Assembly (NCBI GenBank): GCA_028824015.1
Contig: JAPPFC010000017.1
Coordinates: 141,945-205,944, forward strand
Source: a bacterium
GTDB taxonomy: Bacteria; Actinomycetota; Acidimicrobiia; Spongiisociales; ZC4RG35
Direction: 5' to 3'
Length of the DNA: 64,000 nucleotides
The notes beneath the pieces were generated by a model. The model worked only from the letters and a program-made list of their open reading frames with translations. It was not told the origin of the DNA and searched no databases. Positions 10,409 to 18,043 of this stretch are shown here, one piece after another. The position numbers and the translations under genes were made by a program. Position 1 is the stretch's first letter; each line of letters begins with the position of its first letter.

Positions 10409-12259
10409 ATGGCTGTTGACGTCCAACAAATCACTGGTATTGCTCGCTCTGTGAGTCAGCTTCTCTCCAACAGCCGGTACGGTCTCGACTTCTACCAAAG
10501 GGAATACACATGGAGGGAGACCGAGGTCGGCGAACTCGTGGATGACCTGGTCGGGCGCTTCCTCGACGAGTTCGACCCAAGTCATGAGCCGACGCAGGTA
10601 CTCTCGTATCGGCCCTATTTCCTCGGCCCGATTGTGACAGCCCAGCGCGACGGCGTTCGGTATCTAGTAGACGGACAGCAGCGAATCACAACACTCACCC
10701 TGCTGCTGATCCATCTCCGTCACGCCTTGACTCTAGAACACCCAAAAGACAGCGGTGCGCTCAACTCTCTCATTTTTTCTTGGCAGATAGACAAAGAAAC
10801 GTTCAATCTTGATGTTGATGAGCGGCATGCGTGTATGTCGGCGATCCTGGAGGGCATTGAATTCGATTCCCATGAACAATCGGAGTCCGTCCGGAATATC
10901 TGGGACAGGTACAAGACCATCGAAGAGCGATTTCCTCATCAGGATCTAAAGGAAAAAGCACTTCCCTTCTTCACCAATTGGCTTCAGCACAGGGTGATTC
11001 TGGTTGATATCGGCGCGGTGGACCAGGATATGGCTCTTGAGATATTTGAGACTATGAACGACCGGGGGCTACGCCTCACCAACACTGACATGTTGAAGAG
11101 CTACCTGCTGGCGCGGGTCCGAGACGAGGACCAGATTCGGAAGTTGAACGACCTCTGGCGTCGCAGAACCACTGAGTTGGCCGACGCTGAAAAAGATGCC
11201 CCCGCCGAGTTTATGAAGGCTTGGCTTCGCGGTAACTATGCGGAGTCCCAGCGTCAGCGCAAGGCGAAAGCGGCGCCCGGCGACTTTGACATCATCGGGA
11301 CGGCCTTCCACAAATGGGTCCGGGACCATGCTGAGATGATCGGGCTCAAACGGACGCCAGACTTCAGGCGGTTTGTCGAATACGAATTCGATGGGCTCAG
11401 CCGCCGCTATCTACAGCTTCTCGATGCTTGTCATGACCTCAAGCCGGGACTAGAAGCTGTTTTCTACAATGCCGGAAACGGGTACACCCTGCAGCTCCCG
11501 GTGATTCTGGCAGCTATTACACCAGAGGACAACGACGCCGCCTTTCGAGAGAAGGCGGCTTTGGTCGCAGGAGCGCTCGACATCTTCGTGGCTCGTCGGA
11601 TGGTGAATTACCGCTATTTCGGATATAGCACGGTCGTGTACACGATGTTCAACCTCATGAAAGACATACGAAATCGTGCCACCGATGTGGTGAGGGAGAT
11701 TCTCACTGGGTGGCTAGCGGGTGAAAAGGAGCGGGTAGAGGGAATCCGGCATCTTCGACTCACTCAACGCAACCGTCGACACATCCACTATCTGCTGGCG
11801 CGGGTGACATCCTGGCTTGACAGCGAAATGGGGAAGGGTATACCGACCTTTCCCGACTACGTGAACCGGCATAGCAAGGATCCCTACGAGGTCGAGCACA
11901 TCTGGGCCGATCACTTCGAGTGGCACGAATGCGAATTCGACAACACCTATGAGTTCGGCGAACACCGCAACAAGATTGGGGACCTCCTGCTACTCCCCAG
12001 AAGCTTTAACCGCAGCTATGGCGATATGCCATATTGCCAGAAGGTTGATCACTATAACTCCCAGAACCCACTGGCTCGGTCGCTGCACCCATTGGCATAC
12101 CAAAACAATCCCAACTTCCTTGGGCTCATCAACACCTACAATCTCCCCTTCAAGCCATATCCATGTGCCTTCACCAGGACCGACATTGATGAGCGCCAAG
12201 AGTTGTACCGGAATCTGGCTGAGGTGATATGGGATCCTGCGCGCCTCGGCCTTGGCTAA
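10409..12259 (+). CDS. DUF262 (ParB-like NTPase) + DUF1524 (HNH-like nuclease) protein; GmrSD/type IV restriction-like defence nuclease
   Basis: 616 aa; the N-terminal YQREYTW and DGQQRITTL motifs are DUF262 hallmarks and the C-terminal EVEHIW...H...N region is DUF1524-like. Local GC is clearly lower than the flanks. Confidence 0.75.
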   Translation: MAVDVQQITGIARSVSQLLSNSRYGLDFYQREYTWRETEVGELVDDLVGRFLDEFDPSHEPTQVLSYRPYFLGPIVTAQRDGVRYLVDGQQRITTLTLLLIHLRHALTLEHPKDSGALNSLIFSWQIDKETFNLDVDERHACMSAILEGIEFDSHEQSESVRNIWDRYKTIEERFPHQDLKEKALPFFTNWLQHRVILVDIGAVDQDMALEIFETMNDRGLRLTNTDMLKSYLLARVRDEDQIRKLNDLWRRRTTELADAEKDAPAEFMKAWLRGNYAESQRQRKAKAAPGDFDIIGTAFHKWVRDHAEMIGLKRTPDFRRFVEYEFDGLSRRYLQLLDACHDLKPGLEAVFYNAGNGYTLQLPVILAAITPEDNDAAFREKAALVAGALDIFVARRMVNYRYFGYSTVVYTMFNLMKDIRNRATDVVREILTGWLAGEKERVEGIRHLRLTQRNRRHIHYLLARVTSWLDSEMGKGIPTFPDYVNRHSKDPYEVEHIWADHFEWHECEFDNTYEFGEHRNKIGDLLLLPRSFNRSYGDMPYCQKVDHYNSQNPLARSLHPLAYQNNPNFLGLINTYNLPFKPYPCAFTRTDIDERQELYRNLAEVIWDPARLGLG

Positions 12260-12290
12260 CACACCTTAACTTGGGTAGCTGACTTTTCGA

Positions 12291-12740
12291 TCATTTGCTG
12301 AGCGATTCAAGGACCCGGACCAGGTGATCCAGCAGGGCTCTCTGGCTGGAGGCCACACTGACTCTGGCTTCGGGGACCGAGAACCACTGCGCACGGTCTA
12401 TTTCGGGAAACTCCCGGGTTATTCCCGAGCGGGGCGGCCACTCCATGGAGAACAACCCGGGCTGGAGGGCGTCGGGGTCGAAGTCAGCTTCCACCGCCCA
12501 GATGCTCATGATCTGGTTGGCGGCTTTGACCTCGGGCAGTGGCAGCCACGGGTCCGGTGGCGCCTTCCAACCCGTCTCTTCCTCGAATTCACGGGTGGCG
12601 GTCTCCAGGAGGGTTTCGCCTTGGTGGCCTCTTCCCTTGAAGACGGTCCAGGCTCCCTGGTCGCGCCTGGCCCAGAACGGGCCACCATAGTGGCCGAGCA
12701 GCACTTCCACGGCGCCGGAGGAGTTCCGCCGGTAGATCAA
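12291..12740 (-). CDS. NUDIX hydrolase
   Basis: 149 aa; Nudix box GETLLETATREFEEETGW. Confidence 0.8.
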   Translation of the reverse strand: MIYRRNSSGAVEVLLGHYGGPFWARRDQGAWTVFKGRGHQGETLLETATREFEEETGWKAPPDPWLPLPEVKAANQIMSIWAVEADFDPDALQPGLFSMEWPPRSGITREFPEIDRAQWFSVPEARVSVASSQRALLDHLVRVLESLSK

Positions 12741-12794
12741 TAGTCCGGCACTGATTCGAGGAGCTATGTCGATCTTCTCTCTTCTGGTCCGCTC

Positions 12795-13307
12795 TCAGGT
12801 CGACAACGCCGCCAGGATCTCCGGAAAAGCGGCTTCGGCAAGAGACTGCATCTCCTGGTCGCTGCGGTCCTGGATGGGATGGGACGTCAGCACCCTGCGG
12901 GGATGCAGACCCAGGGCCTCTCCCTGGGCGTCGGCTGCCTGCGCGAAGCGTTCTGAGGCCACGAAGACTCCCGGAACGCCGCGGTCTTCCAGATCAACGA
13001 GGTCGTGCACACTGCACGACGCGCACGAGCCTCAGTCGGCCAATGCCTCGACCACCGCGGTGCACTCGGCGGCGATCTGCTGGCGCAAATCCAATGGGGC
13101 CGGTTTGGAGAAGGTGGGCTTGCGGTAGTGCTTCACCGACACCCCCCTCTCAGAGAACAGTTCATCCAGCCTCTTGATGAACACGTCGCCTCTCGGCTTG
13201 GATATGTCCAGCAAGGCCACTGTCCCCTCTCCCAGGTCCGGAAGTCGGGGACTGAGTTGTCGCTTCTGGACGGTTCGTTCGCTGGTCGGGTCCAACAATG
13301 CGGTCAT
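12795..13307 (-). CDS. putative selenoprotein with U-G-S-C redox motif (in-frame TGA at 13032..13034 read as Sec)
   Basis: ORFs 13032..13307 and 12795..13010 are in the same frame (both ends are 2 mod 3), separated only by a TGA. Read-through gives ...EALAD-U-GSCASCSVHDL... A 7-bp stem-loop lies 12 nt downstream of the TGA. Confidence 0.5.
13002..13020 (-). promoter_or_regulatory. candidate bacterial SECIS stem-loop (GUCGUGC-AGUGU-GCACGAC) directing Sec insertion at the upstream UGA
   Basis: Perfect 7-bp inverted repeat gtcgtgc/gcacgac with a 5-nt GU-containing apical loop. It starts 12 nt 3-prime of the TGA on the coding strand, the geometry expected for a bacterial SECIS element. Confidence 0.4.
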
Positions 13308-13317
13308 ATGATCCCCC

Positions 13318-14781
13318 TTAGCTGTCGATGGCGACGGTGGTCATCTGCGAACTGGCTGCGCCGCCGATCCAACCGGAGATTATCGCCGAGAACATCCCGG
13401 CGTCTCCTCCGGCGTGGACGAACCACAGGCCTTCGGTGGTGTATTTCGCGAAGTCTTTCCCTCTGGTGGCCACATGTGGCGGCATGCCCTCGGCTACTCC
13501 GCCGGCTCCCGCCGCCAGTTCGGCTCCCGGGAGGGTGAGCAGTGAATGAATCTCCCGGCGCAGCCGGTTCTTGGACCAGCCCGCCTCTCGGAAGATCCGA
13601 GCGTGTTCGGGAGAGACCACCACTATCGCATCGGTCATCCCTGCTAGCTTGGGATGGCCGACCATGCGCAACTGCAGTGCGAAAGTCCTGGCCAGAGATT
13701 CGGGGTTGCGGGACTTCTGGTCCACGATCTCGATCGGCCCGTGGCCGGCGAACAGGGTCACCGCCGAATCGTCGGGAGAGAATCCCCGCTCCACGGAAAG
13801 GGACTCCCAGGGTGACGCCTCCTCGTCTTCGGGGAAGCAGAAGGAGAGCTTTCCCGGGCTTCCCAACGCGGCGCGGTCCACACCGCCCGGTCGGGAACCA
13901 CCCACATTCCTGACCACCAGATTGAGGGCTCGTCCGATGGTCAGGTTGGCCCGGTTGCCTGGCCCCAGGGCATTGATGCCGGAGTTCATCCCTATCCGGC
14001 GGCGGATCGGTCCGTTCACCACCATCACCGGGCCGGTGAAGTAGGTGGTGGCCGAGATGCCGTGGATGTTGAAACGGCTGGTGGCCGCCGCTTTCACCGC
14101 CGCCAGCACCACCGGCAGGTATTCGGGCAGACAGCCTGCCATCACCGCGTTGATCGCCACCTTCTCGACGGTGCACTCGACCAGGTCGGGAGGGAGTACG
14201 CACACCACCTCCCCCGGGAGCCGGGAGGTGCCCTCCAGCATTCTGGCCACCCGTTCCTCGGTCGGGGGCGTCACGGGGAGGCCGTCCGTCCACCCGCGGG
14301 CGAAGGCCGCTTCCACAGGATCTTCGGAGCTTCCCAACTCCACCCGTCGCGAGGAGAGCCGGTGGGGGGAGTGGCGCCGCATCAGACGCTCGTGAACCTC
14401 GGGGAGCATGGTGTCGGAGCCGCAGCCCGGCCGTTGAGCCGGGAGTTTCGCTCCCAGACCCTGAATCCGGGTCACCCGCTCCCAGCCGGTCCTCAGCCAA
14501 CCCGGCTCCTCATCCACGACTTCCCCGTCTTCTATCCGGTAGATGGTGGGGGTGGTCTCGGTCTGAAGTCTCCAGGAGACATCCAGTTCCCGGTCGTGAA
14601 GAACCTCGAACCCGGACGGGAAGTCGGCCCGATCCTGGGAGACCACCGCCAGGAGCTGTTCGCCCGCGGCGAGTTCGGCCAGGACCGGCACCACCATGTG
14701 GCAGGTCTCGCAATCGTCCTTCACCACCGCCAGGAGCCCGCTGGTGATGGGAAGGGACATGGTGGGCTGATCGCTCATCAA
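13318..14781 (-). CDS. uncharacterised protein with N-terminal thioredoxin-like CxxC (CETC) domain
   Basis: 487 aa; N-terminal VVKDDCETCHMVVPVL resembles a thioredoxin-fold CxxC; the remainder has no motif I can name; sits immediately upstream of the selenoprotein candidate. Confidence 0.5.
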   Translation of the reverse strand: MMSDQPTMSLPITSGLLAVVKDDCETCHMVVPVLAELAAGEQLLAVVSQDRADFPSGFEVLHDRELDVSWRLQTETTPTIYRIEDGEVVDEEPGWLRTGWERVTRIQGLGAKLPAQRPGCGSDTMLPEVHERLMRRHSPHRLSSRRVELGSSEDPVEAAFARGWTDGLPVTPPTEERVARMLEGTSRLPGEVVCVLPPDLVECTVEKVAINAVMAGCLPEYLPVVLAAVKAAATSRFNIHGISATTYFTGPVMVVNGPIRRRIGMNSGINALGPGNRANLTIGRALNLVVRNVGGSRPGGVDRAALGSPGKLSFCFPEDEEASPWESLSVERGFSPDDSAVTLFAGHGPIEIVDQKSRNPESLARTFALQLRMVGHPKLAGMTDAIVVVSPEHARIFREAGWSKNRLRREIHSLLTLPGAELAAGAGGVAEGMPPHVATRGKDFAKYTTEGLWFVHAGGDAGMFSAIISGWIGGAASSQMTTVAIDS

Positions 14782-14824
14782 GATGACTCTACAAACGCCG
14801 CCGCTGTGACGAGGAGCGAAGGTG

Positions 14825-15397
14825 TTAGCTGATCGCTCCCTCGACTCGGAGGAGGCGTCGCTTTCGCTCGGCGCCCCCTAATCCGTAGTGGCCGATCCGG
14901 CCGTTTGAGAGCACCACCCGGTGACAGGGGATCACCAGGGGGACCGGGTTCCGGGCCATGGTCTGTCCCACCGCCCGGGCGGCGCCGGGACGACCGGTGC
15001 GGCCGGCCAGCCATCCGTAGGAACGGGTCTCCCCGCGGGGGATGGCCGCGGTCTCCTCCAGGACCTGCCGCTGGAAAGCGGTGACGGAGCGGAAGTCCAC
15101 CGGGAGACTCCCCGGGGTGCCTTCGGCCAGGGCCTGCAGGATCAGCCTCTCCCAGTCACGGGGCGGCCGAGCCTCCAGGAGCTGTCTCCGGAAACGCTCC
15201 GCAAAGCGATCCTCGAATCCGTCGGTGAAGAGGTCCACCGCCGATACGCCCAGGGGGTTGAACGCCACCACCACCGATCCCAGGGGCGATTCGAACACCG
15301 AGAAGCCGTCGGAAAGGCCGGTTCCCAGCGCTACTCCGCCCGACACGCTGCCGGGCGCTGCGACCGTGAGTCGTTCCAGTTCTCTCTCCAAGGTCAT
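14825..15397 (-). CDS. ogt: methylated-DNA--protein-cysteine S-methyltransferase
   Basis: 190 aa; C-terminal active-site PCHRVV and HTH region typical of Ogt/MGMT. Confidence 0.8.
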   Translation of the reverse strand: MTLERELERLTVAAPGSVSGGVALGTGLSDGFSVFESPLGSVVVAFNPLGVSAVDLFTDGFEDRFAERFRRQLLEARPPRDWERLILQALAEGTPGSLPVDFRSVTAFQRQVLEETAAIPRGETRSYGWLAGRTGRPGAARAVGQTMARNPVPLVIPCHRVVLSNGRIGHYGLGGAERKRRLLRVEGAIS

Positions 15398-15930
15398 CCG
15401 CCTACCTCCTTGTTCGTCTCTTCTTCGATGGCCGACCGCAGTCGGGCCAGTCCCCGCCGGACGTCACTGCGGACAGTACTGGCCGGCCTGTCGGTCGCCT
15501 CCGATATCTCCCGGTAGGAGAGTCCCGCCACATGGCGCAGGATCACCGCCCGGCGCTGGGCCGGGGGCAGGAGCGCCCACCGGCGACGCCAGGCTCGGGA
15601 GTCGGGTGGCTCCGACTGGGTGTAGCCGACGTCCTCCAGTCTGACCGGGACGGGACGCCGAGCCGAGGCCCGGACGTCGTTCCGGAACAGGTTGAGGGCG
15701 ATGGTCCATATCCACCCTCGTAAACGCATATCGCGGATCCGCTCGGCCGGATAGGACTGGAGCGCCAGATAAGCCCGGATGAAAGTCTCCTGGGTGAGGT
15801 CTTCGGCCCGATGATGATCTCCCGCCAGTTGCCGGAGGCCGCTGAACACGCCGTTCTGCAGCCGGGCCACCAATTGCGGGAAGGACTCATCCAAGTCGGA
15901 TGCCAGTTCCGTCGCCAAGTTGTCGGCCAT
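15394..15930 (-). CDS. ECF-subfamily RNA polymerase sigma-70 factor
   Basis: 178 aa; region 2 (DLTQETFIRAY) and region 4 HTH (LSYREISEATDRPASTVRSDVRRGLARLR); stop overlaps the ogt start (ATGA). Confidence 0.8.
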   Translation of the reverse strand: MADNLATELASDLDESFPQLVARLQNGVFSGLRQLAGDHHRAEDLTQETFIRAYLALQSYPAERIRDMRLRGWIWTIALNLFRNDVRASARRPVPVRLEDVGYTQSEPPDSRAWRRRWALLPPAQRRAVILRHVAGLSYREISEATDRPASTVRSDVRRGLARLRSAIEEETNKEVGG

Positions 15931-16052
15931 CTACTTAAATAACACCTGTCAATCCCGCCGCGTTGCACTTGTGGACAATAAACCGTGCCTGTGTGGCGGG
16001 GGAGGTGGAAATGGATGACGGATCACGTTGACGGATAAGCTACCGTGACTCG

Positions 16053-17063
16053 GTGATGGCCGCAGAAGTCACCACGGTGGAGATCGCCGGCGAGAATGTA
16101 CGGATCTCCAGCCCCTCCCGGGTGGTCTTTCCCCAGCAGGGATGGACCAAGCTCGACGTCGTCAAGCATTTCGCAGTGTGCGCGGAAGGAGCCCTTCGGG
16201 GGGTCGCCAACCGACCGACCATGCTCAAGCGCTACATGAAAGGGGTGGATCAGCCTCCCATCTATCAGAAGCGGGCTCAGAGAAGAACCCCTTTCAAGAC
16301 CGTTGACATCCGGTTCCCCTCCCAGCGGCCGGGCGTCATGAACGTGCCAACCACCGAGGCCGACATCGTCCGTTTTGCTCAGCTGGGGTGTCTGGACCTT
16401 CACCCCTGGCCGGTCCGGGCCGACGACATCGACCATCCCGACGAGTTGAGATTCGACTTCGATCCGACTCCGGGATTCGGGTTCGGGGACGTGAAGGAGG
16501 CGGCCTTGGCAGCGCATGATCTGCTGGAGGAAGTGGGCCTGAGGGGATGGCCCAAGACTTCGGGGAGTCGGGGTATCCACGTCTATGTGCGGATAGAACG
16601 TCAATATGACTTCCACCACACCCGCCGGGCGGTCCTGGCCTTCGCCAGAGAGTTGGAGAGGCGTCTCCCCGGTCTGGTCACAACCAGGTGGTGGAAGGAG
16701 GAACGCAGGGGCATCTTCTTGGACTACAACCAGAACGCCCGGGACAAGACCGTTTCGTCCGCCTACGGGGTGCGTCCCACGGGTTATGTCTCTGCTCCTC
16801 TAACTTGGGCCGAGTTGCCCGACGTGGAGATCGAAGACTTCCCGATGGACCGCTTCGCCGACCGCTACCGGGCGGTGGGTGACCTGTCGGAGGGGATAGA
16901 TCAGTCAGCCGGCGAGATCCACACTCTCCTGGAGTGGGTGGTTCGTGACGAGGAGGAGTACGGCCTGGGAGACGCGCCCTGGCCTCCCCACTATCCCAAA
17001 CAGCCCGGAGAACCTCCCCGGGTCCAACCCTCCCGCCAACGGCGGGCCGACCACGAATACTGA
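16053..17063 (+). CDS. stand-alone LigD polymerase (primase-polymerase, NHEJ) domain protein
   Basis: 336 aa; SGSRGIHVYV motif and the overall pattern of the LigD Pol (AEP superfamily) domain; no ligase or nuclease domain attached. Confidence 0.8.
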   Translation: MMAAEVTTVEIAGENVRISSPSRVVFPQQGWTKLDVVKHFAVCAEGALRGVANRPTMLKRYMKGVDQPPIYQKRAQRRTPFKTVDIRFPSQRPGVMNVPTTEADIVRFAQLGCLDLHPWPVRADDIDHPDELRFDFDPTPGFGFGDVKEAALAAHDLLEEVGLRGWPKTSGSRGIHVYVRIERQYDFHHTRRAVLAFARELERRLPGLVTTRWWKEERRGIFLDYNQNARDKTVSSAYGVRPTGYVSAPLTWAELPDVEIEDFPMDRFADRYRAVGDLSEGIDQSAGEIHTLLEWVVRDEEEYGLGDAPWPPHYPKQPGEPPRVQPSRQRRADHEY

Positions 17064-17312
17064 GGCGCCCCGACCGAACCAGGGTGGGAAGACCCGCCCA
17101 TGGAAACCTGCTTTGCTTCTCACAGTTTGGGAAACATTCAGCGGCCCGAAGGTTGACTCTGTCACACCGAGGGAACACATTAACTGAAGCCAAAGCACCA
17201 AGAGGGTCCGTGCCGGCGCCGTTCGGACCGCCTCGAGGGATCAAATCTATTGGGCGGGAAGCCCTGTTCCACCCTGGATGGACCTTGTCTACCCCGCCAA
17301 GGTGGTGGAGGC

Positions 17313-17345
17313 GGGGGTGGGCCCAAAGGGGACCCCCGTTTTTCG
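17313..17345 (+). terminator. candidate intrinsic terminator (GC-rich hairpin GGGGGT...ACCCCC followed by TTTTT)
   Basis: Sequence gggggtgggcccaaaggggacccccgttttt; lies in a 310-nt intergenic gap about 250 nt past the LigD-Pol stop. Confidence 0.35.
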
Positions 17346-17374
17346 CGACTTTTCGTTAGTTGTCGGAGGGGCGT

Positions 17375-17953
17375 TCAGACCTGACCGCTGTTGGGGAAGT
17401 CTTGGTGGCTGCGGCTGGCCGTGGGTCCCGTCTGGCCCTGGTATTTGGAGCCGATCACCCCGCTGCCGTAGGGATTGTCGGCCGGGGTGGTCATCTGATA
17501 GAAGCTGATCTGTCCGATGCGCATCCCCGGATAGATGGCAATGGGAAGCTGGGCGACGTTCGAGAGCTCCAGGGTGAGGTGCCCGTTGAAACCGGGGTCC
17601 ACGAACCCGGCCGTGGAATGGATCAGCAGACCCAGCCGCCCCAGGCTGGACTTTCCCTCCAGTCGGGCTACTACATCATCTCCCAGCCGTACCCGTTCAA
17701 GGGTGGCCCCCAGGGCGAACTCCCCGGGATGGAGGATGAAGTGGTGATCCGGATTCACCTCATGGATAGAGGTGAGGTCCTCCTGAGGTTGGCGGGGATC
17801 TATATGCGGATAGAGATGGTTGGCGAAGACCCGGAAAGCCGCCGCCACCCTGAGGTCCACGCTGGAAGGTTGGACGTGAGACTCCTCGTAGGGGTCGATC
17901 TCGATCCGTCCTTCCGCCAGAGCTTCCTTTATGGATCGGTCAGAGAAGATCAC
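17375..17953 (-). CDS. dcd: dCTP deaminase
   Basis: GTG start at 17953 gives [12 protein letters not shown], matching the Dcd N-terminus; the ORF-track start at 18031 is probably an over-extension. Confidence 0.85.
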   Translation of the reverse strand: MIFSDRSIKEALAEGRIEIDPYEESHVQPSSVDLRVAAAFRVFANHLYPHIDPRQPQEDLTSIHEVNPDHHFILHPGEFALGATLERVRLGDDVVARLEGKSSLGRLGLLIHSTAGFVDPGFNGHLTLELSNVAQLPIAIYPGMRIGQISFYQMTTPADNPYGSGVIGSKYQGQTGPTASRSHQDFPNSGQV

Positions 17954-18043
17954 GGTACTCCTCACTCCGGGAACGATCACCTTGCAACTGTGGAGTCGAT
18001 GGCGGCGGAGGGCCCGCCGCCAACGCGTCACAGAATGACACCC

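Noticed and set aside
13304-14500. 398-aa alternative-frame ORF inside the thioredoxin-like protein gene
   Set aside because: Same strand but a different frame, Arg/Pro-rich and low complexity; the 13318..14781 frame carries the CxxC motif and reads as a real protein.
16023-16619. 198-aa minus-strand ORF overlapping the LigD-Pol gene
   Set aside because: Antisense to a well-supported CDS; no motif; a high-GC artefact.
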